Below, piece after piece: positions 32,331 through 45,729 of a stretch of DNA of 64,000 bases. Within the stretch, counting starts at the first letter, position 1, and each line of letters starts with the position of its first letter. Below the pieces are notes generated by a model. That model was given only the letters and a program-made list of their open reading frames with translations. It ran no database searches and was not told where the DNA came from. This DNA is from Candidatus Babeliales bacterium (GTDB lineage: Bacteria; Babelota; Babeliae; Babelales; Vermiphilaceae). Where the stretch lies: contig CAVUQO010000003.1 in NCBI GenBank assembly GCA_963743635.1, forward strand, positions 192,001 to 256,000, in the 5' to 3' direction. Made by a program: the position numbers and the translations under genes.

Positions 32331-32607
32331 ATAATTACCCCCTTTTGGCTAGATATTATTTCTATCTGTCTATATATAAGTATAGCTATTTTTGGAAGCT
32401 TTGCAACCCCTCTTGTTGCCCTGAAATAGCCTGTTTTGCTGTAAATTATTTGCTTTTTGGGGCATCTTAATACACTAGGTGGGGATTCAGATAGAAAAAT
32501 ATGGGGGCGCAAATAGAGCAGCTCTGTGGCGTTAGGAGTAGGGGGGTTTTATCCAGTGCAGGTTCAGCCCTGGTTAGTGTACCTATTCGAGGGGGGTGCG
32601 AGTGTAG

Positions 32608-35571
<2,964 letters not shown>

Positions 35572-35849
35572 ATAATTACCCCCTTTTGGCTAGATATTAT
35601 TTCTATCTGTCTATATATAAGTATAGCTATTTTTGGAAGCTTTGCAACCCCTCTTGTTGCCCTGAAATAGCCTGTTTTGCTGTAAATTATTTGCTTTTTG
35701 GGGCATCTTAATACACTAGGTGGGGATTCAGATAGAAAAATATGGGGGCGCAAATAGAGCAGCTCTGTGGCGTTAGGAGTAGGGGGGTTTTATCCAGTGC
35801 AGGTTCAGCCCTGGTTAGTGTACCTATTGGAGGGGGGGTGCGAGTGTAG

Positions 35850-36689
35850 CTAGTTGGGGTTAGCTATAGCAGTAGTGGGTTCTGTGGCCATAGGTCTGTA
35901 TTTACACGTTTTTTCATGCGTGTTGCGCGCATCTGATCGAGGAAAAAGTTCACCACAACCAGCGAAATTGCATGTATACGGCTTCTCACCGGTGTGTTTT
36001 CTGATGTGGGTTGCTAGATTGCTTTCTCGTGCGAATTTACGGTGACAGAATGAACATTCGGCCATCGGCTCGCCAGTATGGATTTTTTTGTGCAACTCAA
36101 GATCTGAGTTGCGTGCAAATGATTTGCCACAATTTTGATGATCGCATACGTAAGGTTTTTCGTCAGCATGAGTTCTTATATGACTCCTCAAATGGCCTAC
36201 CTGCCTAAAGCTTTTGCCACAACCTTCCTCTTCGCAGAGAAATGGGCGCTCGCCGCTATGAATGAGTTTGTGCTGTTTTAATCCGGTAGAAGAACTGAAT
36301 GATTTGCCGCATCCGGGTTCATCGCAGACATATTTCTTGATAACCACAGGAATCGTAGTGGCGGCAGGAGCAGCTTGATGGGTTGTTTTTGGCGCTTGGA
36401 TTGATAATAAGATTGTTGCAACGTCAAGTTCGTGACGATGGCCTTCATCTTTTTTAGATGATGAAGGTGGCGATTCGTCATCATCGCCATCATCATCGTC
36501 GTCATGATCTTCCTTACCTTGGATCATTAGTTTCATTTTTTTTGGAAGAGGAGGATTGATGTCGTGACCCTCTTCATGATCTATCGATAAAGACCCATTA
36601 GTCATCATGCATTTTAATTCCCGGGATGACATTGAAAAGCTCGTTTGAGTCCAGACCAGCAACAGTATGATAATTATCAGATGGCGCAT
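35850..36689 (-). CDS. Exported 5-finger C2H2 zinc-finger protein
   Basis: Signal ending TSFS|MSS, PPLPKKMK NLS-like motif, acidic tract, five Kruppel-type fingers. Confidence 0.9.
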   Translation of the reverse strand: MRHLIIIILLLVWTQTSFSMSSRELKCMMTNGSLSIDHEEGHDINPPLPKKMKLMIQGKEDHDDDDDGDDDESPPSSSKKDEGHRHELDVATILLSIQAPKTTHQAAPAATTIPVVIKKYVCDEPGCGKSFSSSTGLKQHKLIHSGERPFLCEEEGCGKSFRQVGHLRSHIRTHADEKPYVCDHQNCGKSFARNSDLELHKKIHTGEPMAECSFCHRKFARESNLATHIRKHTGEKPYTCNFAGCGELFPRSDARNTHEKTCKYRPMATEPTTAIANPN

Positions 36690-36826
36690 GATTATTCTTC
36701 TATCTCAGGGAATTGTTTTACATAATGTCACTTAAGCAGTGTAAATATTTAACGATTTATTGCAATAATGAGGCCTGATTGCGTATATTTGTATTCTACG
36801 CGGGGACCTTTAATGGGAGCAGTGAC

Positions 36827-37324
36827 ATGCAATGGCGTTCTGGTTTTATGATGATCGAGGTGCTAGTTGCTCTAGCATTAGTTTTACTCTTGGCAGGCAT
36901 TACGTGCGCTCATATCGGGAATTATCGGTATATCTGTATCAAGCAACAAGTATCTTGTTTTGCACTCGCATGGCATCAACTTCAGCAGCGGGCCATGGCG
37001 CGCAATAAAACTCAGGCAATGCTGCTCGATGAGTTGGGTAATCGGTATTTTTGCAATGATCAATGGTATGATTTACCCACTGATATTCGATTTGGGTTTT
37101 TGCCTGAAGCGAAAGGTCCGCCCTCGAATCCGAGTGCGACCATTCGTTCTGCGATTACATTCGTTGATAAAAGAGTAGTTTGTTTTCCCGATGGTACGAT
37201 TCAGGCGGGAACGGTGTATCTCGTCGATGACAAAAAAAGTTGTATGTACGCCTTAACGAGCGGCGTATCAGCAGTATCATTCTTACGTAAATATCGTTAT
37301 GATGGTAAGTGGCATGGGTATTAA
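36827..37324 (+). CDS. Prepilin-type pseudopilin (GspH/FimT-like)
   Basis: G|FMMIEVLVALALV class III cleavage/methylation motif; C-terminal FPDGT..AGTVYL. Confidence 0.8.
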   Translation: MQWRSGFMMIEVLVALALVLLLAGITCAHIGNYRYICIKQQVSCFALAWHQLQQRAMARNKTQAMLLDELGNRYFCNDQWYDLPTDIRFGFLPEAKGPPSNPSATIRSAITFVDKRVVCFPDGTIQAGTVYLVDDKKSCMYALTSGVSAVSFLRKYRYDGKWHGY

Positions 37325-37353
37325 GATATACCCCTTTTTGATAGGGTTTTAGG

Positions 37354-40098
37354 GTGATTCGTCAAATTCTTATTGCATTAGGTATAGGGTGCTTGGTTAC
37401 GGTCTGGTCCATGCAGAATGATGACCGTGTGCAGCGTTATATCGGAACGCAATTTAAACAAATTTTTGAAAGCGCAATCGGTTGTACGTTTGAAGGTACG
37501 GTAGAGCGTGTGCGCTTTTTTTCTCCGCTCCTTAGTTTCTCCAATGTGCGGGTTTCCAGCCCTGATAACAATGAAGGATGGTCATGGGGCGCAAAGCGTT
37601 TTACAGTGACCTGCTCATGGTGGTATCTCATTATGTATCGTGCTGCTGATTTGCGCGTTATCTTAGAAGATTTTGAAGGAACATCTGACACGCGTGACGG
37701 TGGGATTGCCATAGGCGCTCATATGAATAAAGTTTTTATGGGGCTTAAACTTGGTCTACCCATAGAGCTCAAATCGGTGACGTTCTCGCGCGCTACTTTT
37801 TCCCTTGATGATGCAGAGCATCAGATGGAAGCTCGTTTTGTGTGGCAAAGCGAATTGAAGAAGATGGGCGGACGTATAAAAACGACTGGTTATCTCATTG
37901 ATGGGGCTGTGAAGGTAGGAAATCGTGTAATTTTTGAGTCATTAAAAGGTTCATTGCTTGCTGATCTTGGCAAGCAAGAAGATGGCACGTTAGATACTAT
38001 TTTGCATGCAGACTGCTCCATTGAATTGCCCTATTTGCCTAAAAATGTGCGTCAAACATTTATCGCTGGATCTTGGACAGGAACGCGCGGCAGTTTTTGT
38101 TTGAAAAATGTGCATGAGCAGGTTGTGGTTGATCCAATTCAACTTTTTTACGATGGAAAGCGCGCTCGATGCTCAATGCGTGGATCAGTGCCGCTTGCGT
38201 CGGTATGGCGTTTTGTGCATGACAATGTATCGAAAGATGAGTTGAGTGGGAATTGTTCTGTGTCGTGTGACATGCGGTATGAGGATGATGAATGTGCGGT
38301 AACGGGACGCATTTCGGTGGATGATTGTGCCTATAAAAATCGTGTTCTTGGATCGGGAGTAGTTACCTATGCGCGAGAGCAGGGTGAATGGAAAGGTAAT
38401 ATTCAAGTAAATCGAGATGCGTGGTATGGCCTTAAAGGAATGTGGCATTGGCAGGAAGCTACGAGCACTGGATCTTTGAGGGTTGCTAATACTGAAATAA
38501 TGCAGATACCGCAATTTGAACGTCTTTTAATTAAGCCAGGGTTATTTCAATGTATGCTCAACCTTGATGCCGCAAGGCATCTTTCAGGAAGTTATAAAGC
38601 CTCAGTCAGTTCATTGTGGCATGATACGACGATAGAATGCGAAGGTAGCTTGGAAGGCGATCAAACACATATCATGAGTAAGGGCACGATACAGCAAAAT
38701 CCGTATCAATGTATGGTGCAAATAGAGCCCACGATGCAACTTTCTTCATTCTCTTATGATGACCAATCCGGTGTATCGCTTGCGCGAATCGGAGCTGATC
38801 CGGTTGACCCTGCGGTTACGCACGCAGTTATTGGATTGCCCTTTATACGCACTCTATTAGAGCAGATGTATCAAACATGGCCTGCGCAGGTAGAAGGTTC
38901 TCTTGCAGCATCTATTAAACAACAATCAGATGGCATTGTTATTTCGGCGACCATGGTAGATGCATTGATGCGGTTGCCGCAAACGTATAACGTCATTCGT
39001 GATGCTAAATTTGGAATGCATATCAATACTGATGCGCATATTATAACGATCAACGATCTAGTCTGCCAATTTCATGAGGGTCGTATAGCAGTTAATCGTG
39101 CGGTAGTTCATTATGATGACAAGCAGACTCTTACTTTCATGCATGTACCAATTGTCATTGATGCATTGATGCTCAATATGGAGCAAGGTTTTCTAGCAGA
39201 AGTTTCTGGCTATGCCTTGTTGAGCAAGCAGCCTTTAAGTCCAGCGCATGTATCGGCAAACATTATCATTGATCGAGCGCACATAAAAGAAAATCTGCTT
39301 TCGGGCACGTTTCATAAAAATTTATTGCGGTATACCGGAAGCCCGTTTCAATCATATCATGCGGATACCACGTGTGACATCAAGGTAACGTCGCGGGTTC
39401 CGGTGCGCGTAAAAACACCATTTTTAGAAACCGCGGTGCGCGTGAATGTAAATATTAAAAATAATTTTAAAGATCCAAATGTTAGTGGATCGCTTGATTT
39501 ATTATCTGGCTTTTTAGCATTTCCTTATCGACCACTCTATATTACTAAAGGCACGATATACTTCCTTCCGCATCAGCTTTCCGACCCCTCGATTGAATTA
39601 ATCGCAAAAAATAAAATTAAAAAATATAACGTTGAATTACAAGTGAGCGGCTCATTGCAGAATCATCAGATCGCACTTAACGCAACGCCGTCGCTGACAG
39701 AAGAGCAAACTGTTGCATTATTATTGGTCGGCTCAGAAGAAGAATCATTGAACGTGGTGATGCCCGCATTGATCATGCAAAACTTACAGACGGTGATCTT
39801 TGGCTATGATCAGTCATCGCGCACGGTCGATAAAGTATTTACCAATTTATTGAAACCGTTTAACCGTATTCACGTCGTGCCAAGTTTTAGTGATAAAACA
39901 GGGCGTGGTGGATTGCGAGGCGCAATTGAAATTGACGTGAATGATCGATGGCGTGCGCTCATACAAAAAAACTTTAGTTTAACTGAAGATACTCGTTTAG
40001 AAGTGGAGTATTTGGTATCTGATGAGATCAGTGTCCGCGGCGTGGCGAATGAACGGCATGATGTGGGTGGAGAGGTTGAGATGCGATTGAAATTCTAA
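37354..40098 (+). CDS. tamB: Translocation and assembly module TamB-like (DUF490) protein
   Basis: N-terminal anchor, long beta-rich body, C-terminal DPSIELIA..V.L.VSGSL..IALNATPSLTEEQ..ALLL and terminal beta strands. Confidence 0.75.
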   Translation: MIRQILIALGIGCLVTVWSMQNDDRVQRYIGTQFKQIFESAIGCTFEGTVERVRFFSPLLSFSNVRVSSPDNNEGWSWGAKRFTVTCSWWYLIMYRAADLRVILEDFEGTSDTRDGGIAIGAHMNKVFMGLKLGLPIELKSVTFSRATFSLDDAEHQMEARFVWQSELKKMGGRIKTTGYLIDGAVKVGNRVIFESLKGSLLADLGKQEDGTLDTILHADCSIELPYLPKNVRQTFIAGSWTGTRGSFCLKNVHEQVVVDPIQLFYDGKRARCSMRGSVPLASVWRFVHDNVSKDELSGNCSVSCDMRYEDDECAVTGRISVDDCAYKNRVLGSGVVTYAREQGEWKGNIQVNRDAWYGLKGMWHWQEATSTGSLRVANTEIMQIPQFERLLIKPGLFQCMLNLDAARHLSGSYKASVSSLWHDTTIECEGSLEGDQTHIMSKGTIQQNPYQCMVQIEPTMQLSSFSYDDQSGVSLARIGADPVDPAVTHAVIGLPFIRTLLEQMYQTWPAQVEGSLAASIKQQSDGIVISATMVDALMRLPQTYNVIRDAKFGMHINTDAHIITINDLVCQFHEGRIAVNRAVVHYDDKQTLTFMHVPIVIDALMLNMEQGFLAEVSGYALLSKQPLSPAHVSANIIIDRAHIKENLLSGTFHKNLLRYTGSPFQSYHADTTCDIKVTSRVPVRVKTPFLETAVRVNVNIKNNFKDPNVSGSLDLLSGFLAFPYRPLYITKGTIYFLPHQLSDPSIELIAKNKIKKYNVELQVSGSLQNHQIALNATPSLTEEQTVALLLVGSEEESLNVVMPALIMQNLQTVIFGYDQSSRTVDKVFTNLLKPFNRIHVVPSFSDKTGRGGLRGAIEIDVNDRWRALIQKNFSLTEDTRLEVEYLVSDEISVRGVANERHDVGGEVEMRLKF

Positions 40099-40138
40099 CC
40101 CTTCGTTACATGCGTACCGCATTACTCAGGATGAGCGG
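40099..40138 (+). repeat. REP-like unit with internal hairpin
   Basis: cccttcgttac-atgcgtaccgcat-tactcaggatgagcgg directly after the tamB stop. Confidence 0.7.
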
Positions 40139-40191
40139 AATTTTATCTTAAGGAAGAGATGTACTAAAGTACTTTAAAAAAAGGAGTAGGA

Positions 40192-40875
40192 ATGAAACGT
40201 ATTTTTTGGAGTGTTGCACTGAGTGCGACGATAATAAGCGGCAGTTGCCGGTGTGCTGATACGTTTGGTACAACTCATTTTATTGTTGGCATGCCGCGTG
40301 AAGAATATAAGCAGTATCAACAAGGATCAATCAAAAGAGACGTCAAAGGGGGTGTTCATTCCCGTCCCCTGCATAAAATTCTTTTTTCACCCGATGATGA
40401 TATTCATGGAGAGCTGCTCCGTTTAATTCAAGACGAGTTAGATAGTATTAAGCTCGCCATGTATCTTTTTACCGATAAAGAAGTATCGCAGGCATTGCGT
40501 GAAGCGCAACTGCGGGGCGTTTGTGTTGAGTGCGTAACCGATGCTTCGTGTATTGCCAATAGAGCAAACAAGATGGATGAACTTGCCGCATTTAATATTC
40601 CAGTCTGGGTCTACCGCGCAGCGAATGGAAGTCAATCGATGGGTAATGCGATGCATCATAAATTCATGGTGTTTGGATCACGCAAGGGTGGACCATCATG
40701 TAAAGTGGTAACCGGATCGCTCAATATTACTAACTCGGCGCAAAAGAGTAATCAAGAAAATATTGTGGTGCTGTGTGATGAGCATTCAGTCGCAACATTT
40801 GATGCGCAATTTGAGAAATTAAAAACGCGATGTTCGCGCTTGATACCGCAGAAAAACATCGCGCACGTCAAATGA
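40192..40875 (+). CDS. Exported single-domain phospholipase D family protein (Nuc/PLD6-like)
   Basis: FSP, IKLAMYLFT, MHHKF, VVTGSLNIT..A..NQEN; signal peptide. Confidence 0.85.
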   Translation: MKRIFWSVALSATIISGSCRCADTFGTTHFIVGMPREEYKQYQQGSIKRDVKGGVHSRPLHKILFSPDDDIHGELLRLIQDELDSIKLAMYLFTDKEVSQALREAQLRGVCVECVTDASCIANRANKMDELAAFNIPVWVYRAANGSQSMGNAMHHKFMVFGSRKGGPSCKVVTGSLNITNSAQKSNQENIVVLCDEHSVATFDAQFEKLKTRCSRLIPQKNIAHVK

Positions 40876-41029
40876 TGATTGCGAGCTAAGGTAAGAACCT
40901 AGCTATACGCTTCACTACTACAATTCCTTCTTAGCTCGGGACATAAGGCTATTGATCTTTACAAAAAATGCAAGTTCTTCGTTGCAGGTCCCTTGATAAA
41001 TTCAGGAGTATTATTGGTATACGTGCGGT

Positions 41030-42004
41030 TTAATTCTTTTTAAGAGATGTGATAAGTGCCTTAAAATCAGCAGGAGCTTCATGAGAGAACTCATGCTGTA
41101 CGCCTTCAAATTTGAATGTAAGCGCTTGGGCGTGGAGCGCGTGGCGCTTAATGCGATGTGACGCGCGTCCATAGACAGCATCACTCACAATGGCATGTCC
41201 GATTGCGGCAAAATGAACACGGATTTGATGTGTTCTGCCGGTCACTGGTTTGACCTCGACTAAGCTATGATCATTAAAATATTCAAGAACTTTATAGTGA
41301 GTCGTTGCAGTGCGAATGGCGTCGCTTTTTCCGGATGCGCTGTAAGGAAACGTTGCCATTCTTGTTGGATTGCGTGGATCGCGGCCGATGGGAAAATCAA
41401 TGACTCCCATTTTCTGTGGATGGCCATGAACGATGGCAAGGTACGTTTTTTTAATGCTACGATTTTGGAACATTTCTCCAAATGCGTTATGCGCATGATT
41501 GGTACGAGGAATGATCATAATGCCAGAGGTGTCTTTATCAAGGCGATGGACGATGCCCGGACGGTCAATGGCCCCAACCGACGCAATTTCAGCGTGATTG
41601 GTTAAAATCCAGTCAACCAGGGTTGGCAGGGTGCTATGAGAGGCTGGAGAATGCACAATGAGCCCCGCAGGCTTGAAGACCACCATGAAGTGCTCGTGTT
41701 GCGCGATAATTTCGACCTCACGATGCTTTTCGGTCAGAGTATGAGCGCTTGTCTGTCGCTCAGGAGGAAATTGCACAGTAACCACATCCTGTACGCGTAG
41801 AGCGGTACTCGATTTGCTGGTAGGCTTACCATTAATGGAAACCAGGCCATCATCAATAACGCGTTGAAAGAAACTGCGCGAATACAACGGGAATTGCTGG
41901 GCAATATAATGATCAAGTCGCTTATTGACCGCTTCCTGTGGTATGGTGAACGAAAATGTGCTGTTTGGTGTGATGAGGCTGGTGTGCTCCATTGGATCTT
42001 CCAT
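41030..42004 (-). CDS. rluD: RluA/RluD family pseudouridine synthase
   Basis: S4 domain, KPAGLIVH, RPGIVHRLDKDTSG, TGRTHQIRVH. Confidence 0.92.
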   Translation of the reverse strand: MEDPMEHTSLITPNSTFSFTIPQEAVNKRLDHYIAQQFPLYSRSFFQRVIDDGLVSINGKPTSKSSTALRVQDVVTVQFPPERQTSAHTLTEKHREVEIIAQHEHFMVVFKPAGLIVHSPASHSTLPTLVDWILTNHAEIASVGAIDRPGIVHRLDKDTSGIMIIPRTNHAHNAFGEMFQNRSIKKTYLAIVHGHPQKMGVIDFPIGRDPRNPTRMATFPYSASGKSDAIRTATTHYKVLEYFNDHSLVEVKPVTGRTHQIRVHFAAIGHAIVSDAVYGRASHRIKRHALHAQALTFKFEGVQHEFSHEAPADFKALITSLKKN

Positions 42005-42181
42005 GTGAGTGTGAGATATCTATATAAATATACTAGATTATAGTGGGCTAAAGTCAACTGGCCAATACAAATAGACAATATAGGTTTAATAGGATACTAT
42101 AGAAGTGAACCCTATCAATGCCAAACTCATGTAAATAGGTATCTCAAACAGGCTGTTTTACATGCTGAGGGAGGAATAATT

Positions 42182-43540
42182 ATGAATACGAAGAATATTT
42201 TAGATCAAGTACGTGAAAATCTTGCCACCGTTATTGCGCAGGACTCTGCTCGGGGGGCAGCCCTCTGGAGAGAACTTACTTCTTTGCATGCGGCCGATAT
42301 CGCTGATTTTTTGACCCATCTTTCGCGGGAACAGTTCGCCCAAATTTTTCAGCAGTTTTCGATCAATCAAAAATATGGAGTTTTTGAAGAACTTTCAGAT
42401 CCTATGAAGCTCTATAGCCTTTCTTGCATGACGGATGTGGAGGCGATTGAGCTGCTTAATACCTTGCCCGCTGATGAGCTGACCGACTTATTTGATCTTC
42501 TTCCTGAAGAGCAACTGAAAAAATATTTGAGCTTACTGCGCAAAGATGTACAGACTCGCGTTCTTTCGTTGTTGAAATTCCATCCTGAATCGGCTGGCGG
42601 TATTATGAATACTGAAGCGCTGTCATTGCTTGAAAATATGACCGTTTCTCAATGCATCGGCATCATCAAACGACTGCATTCTATGCGTGATGTGTATCAA
42701 TTTCTCTACGTTACCGATCGAGGTAATCGCTTGGTTGGGTACGTCACCTTAGAAGACTTGTTACTTCAGGAATCAGAAGCACGCATTGGATCTTTTATGA
42801 AAGAAAACGAATTGGTAGTGGATGCGCAGGAAGACCGAGAATCAGTAGCTAAAAAAATGGTTCACTATGGATTAGCAACAGCGCCGGTTGTCGATGAAGC
42901 GCATCATTTTTTAGGCATCATTCCCAGTTTGACCTTGGTTGACGTTTTGGTAGAAGAGGCGAGTGAAGACGTGCAAAAGATGTCTGCATTGGCTCCGATG
43001 AAAGAATCTTATTTTGATACCTCGTTCATGCGCTTACTCTATGAGCGAACCCGGATTTTGATTGTACTCTTGATTGCCGGCTCATTTACGACGACAATCA
43101 TGCGCGCCTATGACGCAACACTGCAAGTCGGTTTTCTGCTGTACTTTGCCGGGATGCTGACCAGTACCGGGGGTAACACGAGTAGTCAGACATCCGCGAT
43201 GGTTATTCAAGGTTTGGCCTTGGGCGATATTCAGCCGGCAAATATGTTTAGATTTTTACGGCGTGAATTTTTAATGGCTTGCATGATAGGCATTATCCTT
43301 GCGGTGACCGCATTTTTACGGGTTTATTACACAACGTTTGACGTGCGTGAAGCATCGATCATAAGTGTCTCAATAGGGCTTATAGTCGTGGTTTCAGTGG
43401 TATTTGGCAGCTGTATTCCATTGGTGCTTCGCCGCTTCAATATTGACCCTGCTTTTTCGGCTGGACCATTTCTTGCAACGCTCATGGATATTCTCGGGGC
43501 GCTCATTTTTTGCTTTGTTGCACGATTAATTTTGAATTAA
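42182..43540 (+). CDS. mgtE: Magnesium transporter MgtE
   Basis: N-domain, SAGGIM plus CBS pair, GGNTSSQ, DPAFSAGPFLATLMDILG. Confidence 0.93.
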   Translation: MNTKNILDQVRENLATVIAQDSARGAALWRELTSLHAADIADFLTHLSREQFAQIFQQFSINQKYGVFEELSDPMKLYSLSCMTDVEAIELLNTLPADELTDLFDLLPEEQLKKYLSLLRKDVQTRVLSLLKFHPESAGGIMNTEALSLLENMTVSQCIGIIKRLHSMRDVYQFLYVTDRGNRLVGYVTLEDLLLQESEARIGSFMKENELVVDAQEDRESVAKKMVHYGLATAPVVDEAHHFLGIIPSLTLVDVLVEEASEDVQKMSALAPMKESYFDTSFMRLLYERTRILIVLLIAGSFTTTIMRAYDATLQVGFLLYFAGMLTSTGGNTSSQTSAMVIQGLALGDIQPANMFRFLRREFLMACMIGIILAVTAFLRVYYTTFDVREASIISVSIGLIVVVSVVFGSCIPLVLRRFNIDPAFSAGPFLATLMDILGALIFCFVARLILN

Positions 43541-43552
43541 TAAGCTTTTTTC

Positions 43553-43581
43553 TTGACAAAAAGCCCGTTAACTTATACCTT
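43553..43581 (+). promoter_or_regulatory. Probable sigma70 promoter for the tRNA pair
   Basis: TTGACA, 17-bp spacer, TACCTT. Confidence 0.5.
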
Positions 43582-43677
43582 TTAAGCGTATTCTCTTTGA
43601 TTGCTTCCTTAAGCTATTGTTTGTGAGTTATTGCAAACATAAAAAATTTAAGATTTTACAGAATAGAAATTTGTTAT

Positions 43678-43753
43678 GAGCCGCTAGCTCAGTCGGTAGA
43701 GCAACAGCCTTTTAAGCTGTGGGTGGTTGGTTCGATTCCAACGCGGCTCACCA
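43678..43753 (+). tRNA. tRNA-Lys(UUU)
   Basis: 76-nt cloverleaf, anticodon arm acagc-ctTTTaa-gctgt, GTTCGA T-loop, encoded CCA. Confidence 0.96.
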
Positions 43754-43891
43754 TTCATTTTTATACCCTACGAATTAAGCGCTACGCTTACGAGGAGTGG
43801 AAAATGAATGGCAGGCAAACCCATTAAGTTCAAGAGCTCTGAGTTCGAAACGATATGGCTGTGCCGTTACACAAACATTCTCTCTTTGATA

Positions 43892-43969
43892 GTCCCCATC
43901 GTCTAGCCTGGTCTAGGACACCGCCCTTTCACGGCGGTAACAGGGGTTCGAATCCCCTTGGGGACGCCA
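43892..43969 (+). tRNA. tRNA-Glu(UUC)
   Basis: Cloverleaf, anticodon arm ccgcc-ctTTCac-ggcgg, GTTCGAATCC, encoded CCA. Confidence 0.96.
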
Positions 43970-44092
43970 GTCATTTTTATCAGCTTCGAATAAAGCTTTG
44001 TGCTTACGAGGATTGAAAAATGCCTGGCTGGCCAATCATTCTAAGGAAAATCATTATCGCCAACGTGTGTTGGAATGATATCAAGGTCTAAT

Positions 44093-44353
44093 ATGTTTTA
44101 TGTCTATTATCTCAGATCAAAAGCATTTCCCAATAAAACCTACGTGGGGTTTACTTCCGATTTAAAGCAAAGATTGTTAGATCATAACGCTGGCAAATCT
44201 GTCTATACCAAACTTTTAAAGCCATGGGCATTGGTAGGTTTTTTAGGATTTGATCAAGAAGCTAAGGCAGCAAAGTTTGAAGGCTATTTAAAATCCAGTG
44301 CGGGTAGGATATTTTTACGTAGATACTTTGCAGATAATAATAATCATGTTTAG
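44093..44353 (+). CDS. Small GIY-YIG nuclease family protein
   Basis: FYVYYLRS..TYVGFTSDLKQRL..HNAG..YT..KPW.L..A..FE.YLKS..GR. Confidence 0.9.
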   Translation: MFYVYYLRSKAFPNKTYVGFTSDLKQRLLDHNAGKSVYTKLLKPWALVGFLGFDQEAKAAKFEGYLKSSAGRIFLRRYFADNNNHV

Positions 44354-44364
44354 TGGTGAATAGA

Positions 44365-44883
44365 ATGAAACTACATATTTCACTATTTCTGATATTAATC
44401 TCTCTATCATCTCATCTTTACACATCCTCAGACAATTGTTGTTTCGAACATCGCCAAGTGAGTGCTGATTCTGCGCAGCATGAGGTTCAAATAAAATACT
44501 TCGTAAATAAGCAGCATGTGGGATCTATATCTTTCGCTAAAGTGCCGTTTATCAATGCATATGCATTGCATAGCCTGTATGTGTATCCAGAATATAGAAA
44601 TAAAGGGTATGGCACACAGTTGCTCAATCATGCATGCGATTATCTAAAATCAATCGATGCGGAGAATATCTATATTCAGCCTGGCCCCTTTGAAGTTGAT
44701 GAAGATGGGCATCTTGATAGATCTCTCGATTCACGTGAGTCAAAGTTACAACGGCTTGTCGCATTATATACAAAGAATCAGTTTCATTTTACGCCAAAAT
44801 GGGCAACGCCAATTATTTGGTTACTTTATAAAGCCATGCGTATTGATGAAAACGCAGAGTATTTAATGGTAAAAAAGCTATAA
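44365..44883 (+). CDS. GNAT acetyltransferase with signal peptide
   Basis: LYVYPEYRNKGYGTQLL motif A; hydrophobic N-terminus. Confidence 0.85.
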   Translation: MKLHISLFLILISLSSHLYTSSDNCCFEHRQVSADSAQHEVQIKYFVNKQHVGSISFAKVPFINAYALHSLYVYPEYRNKGYGTQLLNHACDYLKSIDAENIYIQPGPFEVDEDGHLDRSLDSRESKLQRLVALYTKNQFHFTPKWATPIIWLLYKAMRIDENAEYLMVKKL

Positions 44884-44917
44884 TAATATCAAAAGAAAAT
44901 TATAGGGAAGAAAATAA

Positions 44918-45382
44918 ATGAATCTCATAACAGCATTCATTATCTTACAAATCATCCTACTCTTTTTTATGACGTTCCATGACTGGGTGCACATTCCTCC
45001 ATTAATCAATATTCGTGAGCTGGAAAAGTATAGCACCAAAAAAGGTCGCGCAATTAATTCGATTATTTTTTTCTTTCTAATCTTTATCCCATTGATGTTA
45101 ACGGTTAGTTATAAATCATTATTGCCATTATGGGCCCTGATAACGATTCTTACCTTTTATAGTTTACTGACAATAGGAACTCTCCTTTCATGGTGGGTTC
45201 CTTATTTTTTTGGAAGTTCAGAGCACCATAAGTTGGGTTTTGCCGAATACAAAAATACGCATCATTTTCTCCCCGCACGTGGTGATAACGTCGTTCCCAA
45301 TACGTTCCATGTTATACTGCATCTGCAGATATGGGTCTGCCTTGGCATATCGTTATATTTACTGTTGCTCGCTGGATTTTAA
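44918..45382 (+). CDS. Membrane hypothetical protein
   Basis: 154 aa, about four hydrophobic segments, HDWV..P, WWVPYF, PNTFHVILH. Confidence 0.7.
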   Translation: MNLITAFIILQIILLFFMTFHDWVHIPPLINIRELEKYSTKKGRAINSIIFFFLIFIPLMLTVSYKSLLPLWALITILTFYSLLTIGTLLSWWVPYFFGSSEHHKLGFAEYKNTHHFLPARGDNVVPNTFHVILHLQIWVCLGISLYLLLLAGF

Positions 45383-45515
45383 AGCCATGCAGGGCGTGTA
45401 ATAAAAGCAAGGATATATATTCCGGACTATTAATATCACCATAAGTATACGCGGTGCTTTGTGCCTTTGTGGTTGCGTTTCTTATGATCAGATTGATCTT
45501 ACGACTTAAATAAGA

Positions 45516-45535
45516 AGCCCCGGAATTCCGGGGCT
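45516..45535. terminator. Palindromic terminator-like element between convergent units
   Basis: agccccggaattccggggct perfect palindrome. Confidence 0.55.
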
Positions 45536-45540
45536 CATTT

Positions 45541-45720
45541 TTACTCTGAGTATGTTTGATATAAGGAAAGGAGGGCTATTATTGCAAATGGTCCTGTGAA
45601 TGCAATAAGAAACTTTTTCCAATCCCCATCACTTTGAGAAATCAAATAGTATACAACGAACCAGAGATACTTAGTCTGGAAGTCTTTACAATAATATTGC
45701 CAGAAATTTTCGTATCTCAT
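45541..45720 (-). CDS. 59-aa small hydrophobic protein (not in ORF track)
   Basis: MRYENFWQYYCKDFQTKYLWFVVYYLISQSDGDWKKFLIAFTGPFAIIALLSLYQTYSE; AGGA RBS, 9 bp after the upstream stop. Confidence 0.55.
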   Translation of the reverse strand: MRYENFWQYYCKDFQTKYLWFVVYYLISQSDGDWKKFLIAFTGPFAIIALLSLYQTYSE

Positions 45721-45729
45721 CGTATTATC

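Noticed and set aside
32521..32538. 18-bp gctctgtggcgttaggag shared between the upstream region and coding position 32156-32173
   Set aside because: Most simply a relic of local rearrangement; too short to support a regulatory claim
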